Below, one piece after another: positions 25,675 to 36,626 of a DNA stretch of 42,256 bases. The translations under genes were made by a program, and so were the position numbers. The DNA is from a virus (Duplodnaviria > Caudoviricetes), in IMG/VR virus record IMGVR_UViG_3300046739_000063, positions 1 to 42,256 of that record; one strand, written 5' to 3'. The notes under the pieces were generated by a model. That model searched no databases and was not told the origin of the DNA. It saw only the letters and a list, made by a program, of their open reading frames with translations. Positions within the stretch are counted from its first letter, which is position 1; each line of letters starts with the position of its first letter.

Positions 25675-27681
25675 ATGCCTGGACCTGGACCAAAAGGCGA
25701 ACTCGATTGGAACGTGGCCTCTTGCACAAGGAACTACGTTCTGCGCGCGGCGTTCACCAACCCGAGCCTGGTTCATTTAACATGGGATATTCCGGCAGGG
25801 ATTGATTACTACTGGTTTTACCAGACAAGCGATCTAGCTGCTGGATTCGGTAATCCGGTTAAAGTGTTAAGCAGTGACCCCGTTGACCCTGCCGGCCCAT
25901 TCGCATTTAAGGATGTGCAGGTAGGAAACCAAAACACACCCTTCCCAATTTATTGGCGCGTGGTCGGCGTGCTCGGGAACGGCCTGAGAGTTCCTTACAA
26001 CGACTTGGCAATATTAGATTTCACAGATGCGAGACTGACCGGGGCTATAACGTCTCCCGCAAACAATGCAACCGTCGCCGGAACGATCCACATGGCAGCC
26101 GAGGTGTTCGATGGCGTAGCGCTTCAATCCGCGAGATTCATCATTTCCAACTTGGGCGGATATATTTATCTGCCGCTCATTCCGGTGACGGGCACCTCTG
26201 CAATCATAACCCAGGATTATGATTCAACAGCGCTTCCGATTTCCAATGGCAACCAACTGATGTTTGCCCAGGTGTTCAACCAGGCTGGGGCATTCAAATA
26301 CAGTGCTGGTATATCTATCAAAGTGGATAACGCCGTCACAGATCCTGGCAACCTTCTCAATCTCAAGACGGCAGGCCATAGCCCGCTGACTGGATTCTGC
26401 AAACTGGTAGACGTAAAGATTGACAGCCAGGGTCGAGTGAATGTGGTAGGGGTGTTCTCGGGAACGGTTAGCTTCTATGGAACATCAATTACATCTTTTG
26501 CAGACGGGTTGAACATCGTAGTTGCTCAGTTGGCATCCGATCTTCAATCAGCCAACTGGGTCCATCATTATGGCGGGAAATACGCTTGTCTAGCATCCTC
26601 GTTGTCCGTTGATTCCTCGGATAACATCATCGTCACCGGGCAGAACACCGGCACGACTAATTTCGGAGGTTCTGATATCGTGAGCGGTGGTGGGGTTGAT
26701 AATCCAGACCCATTCCTTGTGAAGTTCAATAGCTCCGGGACGCATGTTTGGTCAAAGGGATTCGGTGGTTCGCACGGAAACTATGCCTCTGCGATATGGA
26801 TGGACTCATCCGACAACATATACGTCGCGGGCAACTTCAACTTCCAAGCTGACTTCGGAGGTGGAGTAAGGACAGGACCACCGACGCTTTCAATGTTTAT
26901 TGCTAAGTTCCTCGGCACGGATGGTTCCTGGGTATGGGACAGGTTCAACGGTGTTGGTTCATCATATAATTCCGCGACAGAAATAACAGGAGACGCATCT
27001 AACCTGTTCGTCTCTGGATTTACCACAGGGAATGTGGACCTCGGCAACGGCCTGGTTACTCCCTCTGGTAACGAGATGGGATTCGCAGCCAGCTACAAGC
27101 AACTGGACGGTTCTTATATATGGGCTAGCGTTCACCAAGCACCGGGATCGAACATAGAGGCTACTTCAATCTGCCTGGATGGATCAAATGTTTGGGTTGC
27201 CGGAACATGCACTCAGACGTTCACCCTAAACGGAATCACGTTCACAGCAACCCTGTCCGGGGCGATGTATCTGGTGAAGCTCAATGGAACCACTGGAATA
27301 GCTTCAGCCGGAATATCGCACGGAGGCTCAAGTTCAATCGGAGGGTATGTTAAAGCGTTCTGTGTTCGCGCCGACTCCAACGGCAATTTAGTGCTTTGCG
27401 GAGGCGTAACCGGAGAAGTGGACTTCGGAGATGGAAACGTAACGGCCGGAACGGGAGGTCTATTCATAGTCAAATACTCCCCCACATTGCTGGTGATGTG
27501 GTATGACCGGACGTCTGGGACCGGGGGAGTTAGCGCCCTCCTGCAACGCCTCGCTATAAATGCGACTCGCCAGATCTTTGCGGCCGGAGGACACACAGGC
27601 GATCTCACCATCGGGCCGACAACCATTTCCTCAGCCAGCAACCAAACTAACGATGGGGCGATCATGAAATTTACACCGTGA
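25675..27681 (+). CDS. Ig-like plus SBBP beta-propeller repeat protein (putative adhesin/receptor binder)
   Basis: ITSPANNATVAGTI (Big domain); repeated VDSSDNIIVTG, DSSDNIYVAG, FLVKFNSSGTHVWSK. Confidence 0.8.
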   Translation: MPGPGPKGELDWNVASCTRNYVLRAAFTNPSLVHLTWDIPAGIDYYWFYQTSDLAAGFGNPVKVLSSDPVDPAGPFAFKDVQVGNQNTPFPIYWRVVGVLGNGLRVPYNDLAILDFTDARLTGAITSPANNATVAGTIHMAAEVFDGVALQSARFIISNLGGYIYLPLIPVTGTSAIITQDYDSTALPISNGNQLMFAQVFNQAGAFKYSAGISIKVDNAVTDPGNLLNLKTAGHSPLTGFCKLVDVKIDSQGRVNVVGVFSGTVSFYGTSITSFADGLNIVVAQLASDLQSANWVHHYGGKYACLASSLSVDSSDNIIVTGQNTGTTNFGGSDIVSGGGVDNPDPFLVKFNSSGTHVWSKGFGGSHGNYASAIWMDSSDNIYVAGNFNFQADFGGGVRTGPPTLSMFIAKFLGTDGSWVWDRFNGVGSSYNSATEITGDASNLFVSGFTTGNVDLGNGLVTPSGNEMGFAASYKQLDGSYIWASVHQAPGSNIEATSICLDGSNVWVAGTCTQTFTLNGITFTATLSGAMYLVKLNGTTGIASAGISHGGSSSIGGYVKAFCVRADSNGNLVLCGGVTGEVDFGDGNVTAGTGGLFIVKYSPTLLVMWYDRTSGTGGVSALLQRLAINATRQIFAAGGHTGDLTIGPTTISSASNQTNDGAIMKFTP

Positions 27682-27701
27682 TAACAACGAAAGAATAAAT
27701 T

Positions 27702-28679
27702 ATGGCAACAATCTACGCAGGACCAGGCAAGGTTTACATGGTGACACCTGGCGTGTCACTTCAGGCCGAGGGCGTCGAGGGCAAGATAGTTCTGAGCCTG
27801 AACGAGACAACGGCAGACTATGCCGCAGGGCAATGGGGTCACATCGGGGAACAGCCAACGGACCAGATCGTTGACCTGACATTCAAGCCGTTTGACCAAT
27901 GGATTCTGTTGCCTGCCCTGTTCCCGGCATATCTGGGTTGCGATACCTCGGCCATTGCAGGAGGCGCCGCGGCCGCGCTCAAGGTCGGCACAAGGCCACA
28001 TGCTGCCACGGTAGCAACAGGAACCCATTGCAAGGTCTGGACCTGGGACGGGCGGCTGTATGACATCGTGCGCGCGGCGATTGTGGGCATTCCAAGCCTT
28101 CACCTTGGCACGGCTCGGGCCTTGTTCGGGGATGCTAAGATTGTTGGATTGCCTGACCTGTCCGTTGCCATGGGATCATCTGGCTATCTCATAACGGCCA
28201 ATGCCATTACTGAGAGCGGTGGAACTGACCCTGACATCTCATTCTCCATGGCCAGCTTCGTGCGCGAGGCATGGACCGGAGCATGGGGCGCTGTAACAGG
28301 GTTCACCGCTATTCAGGCTGAGGAGGAATGGACGATTGAGACAACTGCCCAGTTCTCCCCGCTCAAGGTCCAGGGCAGAACGCTGTCCATGCAGTTCGAC
28401 AGCATCAAGTTTATGGCCAAATGCCGGCCGTTCGGCCCGACACATACTCAGATCGTGGGTGCGGTGGGCGCCCATTTGCAGGGTCAACGGCTTGGGGCGC
28501 ATGATCTGGTTCTGACGTCCAGCGCCAGTGCCAAGACCATCACCCTGTATAACTCTGAGATCAAAGGGGCTGGATTCGACTTTGGCGGAACTGTCCTGGG
28601 CACGGGCGAGATCGGGTTTGTGCAGGAAATGCAATTCAGCGCCGGAGCACCAACCAAATTGATCCAGTTCAGCGCATAG
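27702..28679 (+). CDS. Putative major tail tube protein
   Basis: MATIYAGPGKVY start, beta-rich, 325 aa, position in the tail module. Confidence 0.6.
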   Translation: MATIYAGPGKVYMVTPGVSLQAEGVEGKIVLSLNETTADYAAGQWGHIGEQPTDQIVDLTFKPFDQWILLPALFPAYLGCDTSAIAGGAAAALKVGTRPHAATVATGTHCKVWTWDGRLYDIVRAAIVGIPSLHLGTARALFGDAKIVGLPDLSVAMGSSGYLITANAITESGGTDPDISFSMASFVREAWTGAWGAVTGFTAIQAEEEWTIETTAQFSPLKVQGRTLSMQFDSIKFMAKCRPFGPTHTQIVGAVGAHLQGQRLGAHDLVLTSSASAKTITLYNSEIKGAGFDFGGTVLGTGEIGFVQEMQFSAGAPTKLIQFSA

Positions 28680-28687
28680 AGCCGTGA

Positions 28688-29125
28688 ATGAAGATAAACT
28701 ACAAGCTGGTATCGGGTGGGGGTTATCTGCCCTTGGCGGACGATACCTCGCTATCCACTGTGACGCCTCCGGCCAACAAGGGCCAGGCGATCAACATGGA
28801 TTTCAAGCCATCGTTCAAGCCGGCTGTGCAGCAAGATATGCTATTCCGCAGCCAAGCCGCGTTCAGGGTGAACCGGGGCAACATCGTTCTGAGCATACCA
28901 TTAACGGTAACGGTGGAGTACTCGACTCTTGCGAGCGCGCTGGCCTCTATCCGGGCCTTCGCTGGGCTGCTGGATCAAGTAATGCATCTGCAAGTCATTC
29001 AGGACACCGAGACACAGTACTACCCAAACGCGCTCTTGCAGGCTTACGACGCCGAGCCTTCGGGAGCATCCATAGTCCACAGGTTTCTTTTCGCCAGCGA
29101 TAACGTGACTGACACCGCCGTCTAA
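28688..29125 (+). CDS. Putative tail protein (distal-tail-like)
   Basis: Beta-rich 145 aa; TAATG coupling. Confidence 0.5.
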   Translation: MKINYKLVSGGGYLPLADDTSLSTVTPPANKGQAINMDFKPSFKPAVQQDMLFRSQAAFRVNRGNIVLSIPLTVTVEYSTLASALASIRAFAGLLDQVMHLQVIQDTETQYYPNALLQAYDAEPSGASIVHRFLFASDNVTDTAV

Positions 29126-29763
29126 TGCCAACCCCACTTGCTGCAACGCGAATAAGGTTTTCGAGCGATCAGGTGTTGAATCGCGACAACGCCCTCACGC
29201 TCACGGACAAGATCACCGGATTGCAAATCCAGATGTGGCAGTCCGAAGATTCTCAGATCGAGACGAGCCTGTTCTCGAACGGCACCTTCATTGACAGTTA
29301 CGCGAACATTACCAGCATAACACTGCAATTCAAAGACCCCGGAAACCTGCTCGGTTCGCCTCTATTCAGCAAGACGATCACGATTGCCGGCGGTGCTCCT
29401 GCTTACGATGCAACCTGCACGCTGACCGATTGGAATGCTGGCACAAAACAAACCTTTGCCTTCGCGCTTGCTGCGGCTGACACAAACATTGCGCTAGATG
29501 GACGGCCTTCCAGAACCCTGCAGCTTGATATGTGGGTGACAAGCACGACATCTCAACGGATCATGGTCTGCTCTGGAATCCTAACCTTAGTTGATAGCGG
29601 CTATGGGGACATCGGCTCCATCGTGATCGTGGCGCCAGGCGCACGTATGAAGTCCAATCTCCTGCAGGTGATCAATTCTGATAACTCTCTTTACTACAAT
29701 GTGCGGCTCAGGAACGTGAGCGGTGTTCCAACGCTGACAACTGATGGGGCAGGTGAAGCATGA
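29125..29763 (+). CDS. Putative baseplate/fibre-attachment protein (BppU-like)
   Basis: ITLQFKD...FAFALAAADTN...GILTL pattern; precedes the fibre genes. Confidence 0.55.
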   Translation: MPTPLAATRIRFSSDQVLNRDNALTLTDKITGLQIQMWQSEDSQIETSLFSNGTFIDSYANITSITLQFKDPGNLLGSPLFSKTITIAGGAPAYDATCTLTDWNAGTKQTFAFALAAADTNIALDGRPSRTLQLDMWVTSTTSQRIMVCSGILTLVDSGYGDIGSIVIVAPGARMKSNLLQVINSDNSLYYNVRLRNVSGVPTLTTDGAGEA

Positions 29764-31154
29764 GAAAGCAAACGATACTCAACGCCCTGCTGCTGCTATT
29801 CGTGGCAGCGTGCATCGTCATCAAGGTTAGGGGCGGAACACCTATCGCGGGCAGTCCTCATGTGGGTGTTATCACCGACACCAACGGAAACCTTTTTGAC
29901 TCGGCCAGCAACCTATTCGCATCTAATCTGGCATTCCTTCAGCCGTTCGAGTTCCCTTTTGCCAGCAACATTGTTCATGGTGGCATCATACCCCCGGCGA
30001 GCGCCGGAAACCTCACGAACCATGTGGACGTTCAGGCCACCGCCCTGGCAACCGGTCAGGTGCTCCAATGGAATGGCGCGTTCTGGACCAACCTGCTCTT
30101 CCCGATCACCGCAGGCATCACCAACGGCTTTATACCAGCCGTCAACCTCAATGGTCCGGTATGGTCAACGAACGGGTTCAATACAACTAACCTGAACGGG
30201 TTCGCGGCCTACGATTCCACGGCGACAAACTTCTGGCGGCTGCGCGCCAACCCGAACATGGCCACGAATGTCAACTGGATGGGGCCAACCAATGTCGGGA
30301 CAGGGCTATTGTATGGCACCAATGAACTGGCCGGATCTGCAACCAATGTTCTGTTGCGCCAGATAGCCAATGGCACAGCTAATCAGGTGCTCTCTATGGT
30401 GGGCGGGATACCGACCTGGGCGAGCGCCGGCGCGTTGGGTGCAGGCCCGTTCACGAACCTCACGATCTGGAGCCATCCGACTTACTTCATGCGAACCAAC
30501 GGCCAGGTTCCCCCTGTCCTGATTGTGAGCAACACCGCCACAGCCTCCACGCTGCTCACCATTGACGGCACAGGCGATCTTTATGCAAGGAACGTGTATG
30601 CTACCCAGTTGAATGTCGGCGCGAACCTCCTGGGCACTCTGGGAGACATCTACGCCACAAACCATATCGTTGCTTACACAACCGGGATTGGGTTCGTCGG
30701 GGATGGATCCGGCCTGACCAATCTCGGCAATGGGGCATTCAACGGTCAGGTGTTGACCAACCATTTCACCGGGGCAAGCCTGACCAATACAGTCCATGCT
30801 GGCAGCAACATATTCTCATTGATCTCCTTCGCGCGCAGGAACATCACGACGATAGCCAACGGTTTCAATGCCGACATCAATCTAGGAACAAACGTATTCG
30901 TCAAGTTTAGTGGCGCTTCAGCAGCATTCACAAACTGCGGGTTTGTCGCAGGTTCAAGTGGAGAGTTCCATATTCTCGTGAATATGAGCACGTTCGACAT
31001 GGATCTGGCTAACGAAAGCGGTGTGGAATCCACCGCGGCCAACCGGATCACATGCCTGACCGGGGCCGACAAGAAGGTAACTGGTAACTCCGCTGTGATG
31101 ATCATTTACGACGATGCGACCTCGCGCTGGATACCTCTCACGTTCACACAATGA
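29760..31154 (+). CDS. Tail-fibre-like protein with N-terminal signal peptide/anchor
   Basis: GQVLQWNGAFWTN, GTANQVLSMVGGIPTW, FVGDGSGLTNL fibre motifs; MRK plus hydrophobic N-terminus. Confidence 0.8.
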   Translation: MRKQTILNALLLLFVAACIVIKVRGGTPIAGSPHVGVITDTNGNLFDSASNLFASNLAFLQPFEFPFASNIVHGGIIPPASAGNLTNHVDVQATALATGQVLQWNGAFWTNLLFPITAGITNGFIPAVNLNGPVWSTNGFNTTNLNGFAAYDSTATNFWRLRANPNMATNVNWMGPTNVGTGLLYGTNELAGSATNVLLRQIANGTANQVLSMVGGIPTWASAGALGAGPFTNLTIWSHPTYFMRTNGQVPPVLIVSNTATASTLLTIDGTGDLYARNVYATQLNVGANLLGTLGDIYATNHIVAYTTGIGFVGDGSGLTNLGNGAFNGQVLTNHFTGASLTNTVHAGSNIFSLISFARRNITTIANGFNADINLGTNVFVKFSGASAAFTNCGFVAGSSGEFHILVNMSTFDMDLANESGVESTAANRITCLTGADKKVTGNSAVMIIYDDATSRWIPLTFTQ

Positions 31155-34100
31155 AAAGATTACTCGCTTTCCTATGTTGCCTCCTGGTTCTGCGCGCGCA
31201 GGCCGTCAATGTGCTGGTCAATGTTCGAGATGTGGTGAGCGGCACTGTGAACCATCGCCCGGTGACTATCACCCTGACCAAGCCAGCCGGCCCAGTCGTC
31301 CTGGGTTCATGGGTGATCGCTGGAGACTCAGCAACGCAGCTCACGGACACCAACGGCATCGCGGTGTTTACCAATATCCTGACCGTGGGCCAGTATCGGC
31401 TGGACATAGCCGGCAATCCATCTCGCAGCTTCCCATTCTCGGTATCGGCGACCACGCCAACGAATGGAACTTACAATGTCATTCAACTCCTGGGCACGAA
31501 CGTGGCGCCTGAGATGTTTTATGATACAGGACAGATTGATGCGTTGTTGTCGGGGATAACCGGAGGCGCTGCAACGAACGTCACCGTCCAGCCGGCTGAT
31601 GGATCAATCACAGTGTCAACCAACTCATCGAGCAATTGGTCTTTGGCCATGGCAGCCGCGCAGAGAAACTTCTGGTTGAGCAATAGTCATAACTTCATCC
31701 TGTCGGATACGGCGGGAATCCTCTATGGCAACGGGGCAGGGTTATCGAATGTTCCACCTATAGGCAGCGTGACGAACGTATTCGTTCACCCTCTTGATGT
31801 TACGGTCAAGGTTGTGACGAACACACCATCTGATTTCTCTGTGGCCACGACCAATATATCCCCCGTATATCGCCTTTTCACCAATGGCGTGTTGGTCGGC
31901 CCGAAGGGCGTCATCAGCACGGCGGGGACGGTGACGGCGGGCATTCAAGAGGCAATCAACGACATGCCTCTGGCCGCGAACTCCACGCCAGCCAGCAAGT
32001 TCACCGTGCCGGGTGGTGGCCGGATCGAACTGCAACCGGGGAAATACGTTTGCACTGGGCAGATACTCATTCCCAGCTACACCAACCGCCCGTTTAACCT
32101 GAAGATTGAAGGTGTCGGATTGCCGCAGGTGATCTACAACGGACCAGGTGGGTCTAACTTCGTCATCACCACGGAATACAGTGGTGGCACTCTTTACAAC
32201 GGGCTTCGACTGGAGGTGGAAGGCATCTCATGGCTGATGATTCCAAACACGACAAACATGCTCTTCAAAATCGGAGCGTGGCAGGATGTTCGATTCCGAA
32301 ACAACACCTTTGCTTGGAACATGGGCTTGACTAACGAGCAGGCTGGTACGAGTGGGGGATACACCTACAACTACGAACTAAAGCAGCCGGTCCAGCCGGG
32401 GGTTGTGGGAGTATGGTTGGAGCCATCCTCGAGCGTATGGTCGGAGTTCACTGGAAACACGTTCTTTGGTTTGGCTTGCGGCATTGCCCATAGTGGAAAT
32501 CGAGGAATCATCAGCGGTAACAATTTCGGAAATGTGGGGTCATTCTTCACTAATTCGGCTTACACCTATACTACACTATGGACGAACGCGGATTATGCAG
32601 GGAGTCTGGACGTATCAAGTTTAATGGGGTTGGGTCCGGCTATAGTCTATCAGACGTTCGATTCATCAGACCTGGTTGTGATCAACAACAGCTTCCTGAA
32701 ATGCGGGGCAGGGGTAATAAACTACGGAGGCTCTATCACTGTGCAAAATGACTTTTACTTCGGTGGCAATTACAAGATAGTAAACTATTCAACAGGAGGG
32801 CACTGTGCCGTCAACCATTCTCAAGGCGGATACCAAGAAGCGGACCACGGAGATGCGATCATACACGATAGTGGTCTAACCCCTTGGTTCGTATTCAGTC
32901 CACAAACAAGCACTACGACAACCGCACCATTCACCATAGTTTCCAATAGCGTACTTGGTCTGACCGTCTGGGGAAACCTAAACGCCTCGAACAATCTAGC
33001 CGTTAATGGCACCGTCACCATCAAAGGCGGATCTCCCAGCGTAAACAGGGTGCTAACATCCGACGCGACTGGAATAGCAAGCTGGCAAGACCCAGTAACG
33101 GGGACGGGGGGCACTGTGTCCAACTTCAACGCGCAAGCCCTGGTGTTCACAAACAGCTTCTCGGTGAGTAACGCGAACTTCGCCGCAGGGTCCAAGCTCG
33201 ACACGAACGGAAACATAAGCGCGAGCGGCGTCCTGAACGTGGGCGGTAAGAGCTATCTGACCAACTCACAGAGCACGATCAGCAACTCAGCGAGTATATT
33301 CGCAGGAAACCTGTTCGAGTTCTGGGATCCGAGCTTTCAAGACTGGATGAAGATTATTCCAGGCACGACGACACTTACCATAACCAGCCCAGATGGCCCC
33401 GTCACACTCAGCGCCGGTCAATTCAACGGGTCCGGTGCTGGACTGAATCTTAACACGGTGCCTGTTGGGGCTTTATCCATCAACGCCAACAACGCCTATT
33501 TCTTTACGAATAATGTGGCCGTATCTAATGCGCTGAACAATGTCGGGGTGGCGATTGGAACCAATGGCACAGTACAAGCCAGCGGCGCCGTGAGTGCGTC
33601 AACCTTCAACGGCTCTGGCGCTGGCCTCAACGCCGATACAATCAAATTCACCAGCATGTTGCAGGACGTATTCGGCCTTCTCACGAACAACTTCGGTGTG
33701 AGCAACGCGACGTATGTGGCCGGGGTGCAGCTTGGGACCAACGGCAACGTGAGCGCGAGCGGGACGGTGAGTGCGCCAACGGTGTCCTTGAGTGGTGCAG
33801 GCCCCGGCAACATCACCGGCGCGGGTATCAGCGTTACCAACTCCGTGAGCACAACGACGGCGATTGAGGCCGTGCTTGGCACTAACCATACCATAGCGGT
33901 CTTTAGTCCTGGCGCTGGCCTGGCTGTGGGCACTAATGATGTCAACACACCTCCGGGCATGGTCGAGACAACGAACGGGTTCAATGCGCTGCCGGGGGCG
34001 GTGTTCTCGGGCAATGCTTCGGGCATAACCAACTTTCCACTAATGTCACCGAGCGGGTTTGCTTTGCCGTGGAGGCCCGGTGCGCGTTGGTTGATTCAGG

Positions 34101-34747
34101 AGGATATTGATAATGGAGTGGTTGCCACTATCCCGCCGAACTTAAACCCCGCAAATTCAGGCGGGCAGGTCGCTGGAATATCAGACATAGACAGCAACCA
34201 CATCGGTTTGATCAGCTTAAATTGTATAACCAACGCTGGATCATATTCTGAAGTGTCCGGTAGGGCGGATTCAGTGATCTTCTCAACCGCCGATTGGTAT
34301 TTTGAATGTGCCTTCCGGTTTACCAACGTGGATTCGCCAACCTTGGCGCTGAGTAATGGTTGGTTCAAGGTCGGGTTTGTCGAGGGCCGGATTGACATTG
34401 CCTCGCAGAGTGCTGGGGCATGGGCGCAACTTCTAAACACGACGAATAACTGGGCTTTCGTCACGGCGCAGGCAAGCACGCGCACGACTAACATCACCAC
34501 GACGGCAGGTTGGACGGCCAACTGGCAAACGATTGGGATTTATTCGCCCTACCCAAATACGAGTGCTACTCTCTACATCAACGGAGTCAACACGGTCACT
34601 CTTTCATCGAACCTGCCACAAGGCAAGACTCAACCAAGCACGCCGAGGATAGGTGCAGGAGCAAGTGCGGCGGGTCTTGGATTCTCAACATTCGGGGTGA
34701 ACGTGGATTATATGTGGGTGGGTATATCTCCGCACAGTTGGCCATGA
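31151..34747 (+). CDS. Tail fibre/spike with beta-helix depolymerase-like and C-terminal lectin-like domains, plus signal peptide
   Basis: MKRLLAFLCCLLVLRAQA; GIQEAIND...GGGRIELQPGKY; VLTSDATGIASWQ; repeated GNGAGL/FNGSGAGL. Confidence 0.82.
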   Translation: MKRLLAFLCCLLVLRAQAVNVLVNVRDVVSGTVNHRPVTITLTKPAGPVVLGSWVIAGDSATQLTDTNGIAVFTNILTVGQYRLDIAGNPSRSFPFSVSATTPTNGTYNVIQLLGTNVAPEMFYDTGQIDALLSGITGGAATNVTVQPADGSITVSTNSSSNWSLAMAAAQRNFWLSNSHNFILSDTAGILYGNGAGLSNVPPIGSVTNVFVHPLDVTVKVVTNTPSDFSVATTNISPVYRLFTNGVLVGPKGVISTAGTVTAGIQEAINDMPLAANSTPASKFTVPGGGRIELQPGKYVCTGQILIPSYTNRPFNLKIEGVGLPQVIYNGPGGSNFVITTEYSGGTLYNGLRLEVEGISWLMIPNTTNMLFKIGAWQDVRFRNNTFAWNMGLTNEQAGTSGGYTYNYELKQPVQPGVVGVWLEPSSSVWSEFTGNTFFGLACGIAHSGNRGIISGNNFGNVGSFFTNSAYTYTTLWTNADYAGSLDVSSLMGLGPAIVYQTFDSSDLVVINNSFLKCGAGVINYGGSITVQNDFYFGGNYKIVNYSTGGHCAVNHSQGGYQEADHGDAIIHDSGLTPWFVFSPQTSTTTTAPFTIVSNSVLGLTVWGNLNASNNLAVNGTVTIKGGSPSVNRVLTSDATGIASWQDPVTGTGGTVSNFNAQALVFTNSFSVSNANFAAGSKLDTNGNISASGVLNVGGKSYLTNSQSTISNSASIFAGNLFEFWDPSFQDWMKIIPGTTTLTITSPDGPVTLSAGQFNGSGAGLNLNTVPVGALSINANNAYFFTNNVAVSNALNNVGVAIGTNGTVQASGAVSASTFNGSGAGLNADTIKFTSMLQDVFGLLTNNFGVSNATYVAGVQLGTNGNVSASGTVSAPTVSLSGAGPGNITGAGISVTNSVSTTTAIEAVLGTNHTIAVFSPGAGLAVGTNDVNTPPGMVETTNGFNALPGAVFSGNASGITNFPLMSPSGFALPWRPGARWLIQEDIDNGVVATIPPNLNPANSGGQVAGISDIDSNHIGLISLNCITNAGSYSEVSGRADSVIFSTADWYFECAFRFTNVDSPTLALSNGWFKVGFVEGRIDIASQSAGAWAQLLNTTNNWAFVTAQASTRTTNITTTAGWTANWQTIGIYSPYPNTSATLYINGVNTVTLSSNLPQGKTQPSTPRIGAGASAAGLGFSTFGVNVDYMWVGISPHSWP

Positions 34748-36042
34748 GGATCATCGCTCTATTGTTAATCAGTCTGTCTGCACACGCGGCGTCCACCAGC
34801 TACTTCATCGCCAACGCTGGCAACGACGCGAATAACGGCACGACGACTGGCACGCCGTGGAAATCGTTTGCCCATGTAACTAATGGATCGGTGAATTTCG
34901 TTTCGGGCGACACGGTATTTCTGAATCGTGGCGACACATGGGCGGAGCAGTTCACAATGCCGACGAATGGGTTGATTGTGGATGCCTACGGTTCTGGAAC
35001 TGCACCAACGATTGATGGCAACCCCGGTGCAAAGATACGCTTTGGTGTTCTGTGTAGTTTGGTGAGCAACACAGTGACGAGGAATCTCATTATCAAAAAC
35101 ATCGGCGGTTACGCGGGACCGAATGATACGGGGGCATGTTGGCAGACCGATGGCTATTCAAATCGAGTTGAGAACTGCACGATGGATCATCATTTGAGCG
35201 ACGATGGAATAGCGGCCAATGATGGCGGGACCGGCGCGGTGTCGAATTGCATCATAATCAATATGTTCGATCAGGCTTTCACAATGCACTCAAGCGCAGC
35301 AGCCACGACTCTCATTGTGCAAAGCTGCCTCATCAGTAATTGCAACGAGGCATTCACGCACTCAGGGGGAAATCTGTTTCAGACGGTCAATGACTGCGTG
35401 ATTCTGGATAATGTGCTTGGGGATAATGTGCTTGGTGCGGCAAACTGCTACTCGGTGTTCAACCGTTGCTGGTTCAAGGGAAAGGTTAGTTCGTCGCAAT
35501 ATAAGTTCTCGGAGACTATCTCGAACACGGTCTTTAATTATTGTCTTTTTGACGCCTCTTTGAACACTAGCCAGTCCTCTCCGCAAATCACGGTTAGTAG
35601 CGGTCCTCTGGTGATGAACAACTGCGTTCTCTACGGTGGCCCGAATCAGGTTGGGGCGATCACGATTAACGCTGGCGCTACGTTGGCAATGACCAACTGC
35701 ATAATCTTCGATTGGTGGCGGATGGCGTTCATAACCGATCCGGGGACTCTCACGTTGGATCACTGCATCACAAACTCAATCGTGACCGGAACGCAGACGG
35801 TAGTTGTCAATCAGGTCAGCACTTCGGACCCGAAGTTCGCCAGCGCGTCCAGCAAGAACTTTCATATTCTGCCCACATCTCCCGCGCTCAAGACTGGACT
35901 AAACCTTGGCCTCACGCTCGACCTTGAAGATGTGGCCGTGGGCAATCCTCCTAACGTGGGAGTATATGAAACGATCCTGCCTGCGTTTACGTGGACGGGA
36001 AATATCAATGTCAGCGGTAACGTAACATTCAAAGGACAATGA
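34744..36042 (+). CDS. Secreted right-handed beta-helix (pectate-lyase-like) protein (432 aa)
   Basis: MRIIALLLISLSAHA; YFIANAGNDANNG..PWKS; GDTVFLNRGDTW; NC ladder; C-terminal DPKF..NFHI..SPA..VGVYE. Confidence 0.85.
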   Translation: MRIIALLLISLSAHAASTSYFIANAGNDANNGTTTGTPWKSFAHVTNGSVNFVSGDTVFLNRGDTWAEQFTMPTNGLIVDAYGSGTAPTIDGNPGAKIRFGVLCSLVSNTVTRNLIIKNIGGYAGPNDTGACWQTDGYSNRVENCTMDHHLSDDGIAANDGGTGAVSNCIIINMFDQAFTMHSSAAATTLIVQSCLISNCNEAFTHSGGNLFQTVNDCVILDNVLGDNVLGAANCYSVFNRCWFKGKVSSSQYKFSETISNTVFNYCLFDASLNTSQSSPQITVSSGPLVMNNCVLYGGPNQVGAITINAGATLAMTNCIIFDWWRMAFITDPGTLTLDHCITNSIVTGTQTVVVNQVSTSDPKFASASSKNFHILPTSPALKTGLNLGLTLDLEDVAVGNPPNVGVYETILPAFTWTGNINVSGNVTFKGQ

Positions 36043-36482
36043 CCATGACCAAACTCCTCACCCTCCTGTTGCTCTGCGTCGGCCTGACTCAAGCTCATGC
36101 CACGTTCTGTATCACTAACCTAACCCTCACTTACGTTGGCCCGGTTGGTGGCAAAATCTGTGTCGTGGGCCAGCCAGCCTGTACCAACGGGATGCTCTCG
36201 GTATCGTATGGGACCGCGTGTAACGACAATCCCATGAACAGCTTTGCCGTGTTCACGGTGGACATCTCAGGGATCAGCGGGGACACATGCCATTATACCG
36301 GGACTGTCGCCACCTTGAACATCGGTTGCGCCAACGAGATTCCGGGTCACAAGGACATTACTATGTTCGGCAGTTGTGAGGCCACGTTTTATGTCATCGC
36401 AACGTGCGATCATCCGACGCACAAATGCAGCGTGGATGTGTGCCCGTTGCAGAGCGATTGTAATTGCACTGGTGGTTACTAA
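36039..36482 (+). CDS. Secreted Cys-rich protein
   Basis: Signal peptide ending AHA; 12 Cys in the mature part. Confidence 0.75.
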   Translation: MTMTKLLTLLLLCVGLTQAHATFCITNLTLTYVGPVGGKICVVGQPACTNGMLSVSYGTACNDNPMNSFAVFTVDISGISGDTCHYTGTVATLNIGCANEIPGHKDITMFGSCEATFYVIATCDHPTHKCSVDVCPLQSDCNCTGGY

Positions 36483-36626
36483 ATGAAACCCCGCCCCAAC
36501 CTGCTTTGCATCTGCGCGATGATTGTCGCGCTGGTGGCGGTTCTGGTGGTTCCTTATTATGCGTCCGGTTGTTGCTTCTCGGTGTTCAGGACCAGGCCAT
36601 CTGTGATGTTGTTTGAGGTCAAATGA
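36483..36626 (+). CDS. 47-aa membrane/lipoprotein-like ORF MKPRPNLLCICAMIVALVAVLVVPYYASGCC...
   Basis: Exactly fills the gap; ATGA-coupled to the next gene. Confidence 0.5.
   Translation: MKPRPNLLCICAMIVALVAVLVVPYYASGCCFSVFRTRPSVMLFEVK

Noticed and set aside
29760-36042. Diversity-generating retroelement or invertible fibre cassette
   Set aside because: No reverse transcriptase, no adenine-mismatched repeat pair and no invertase seen.
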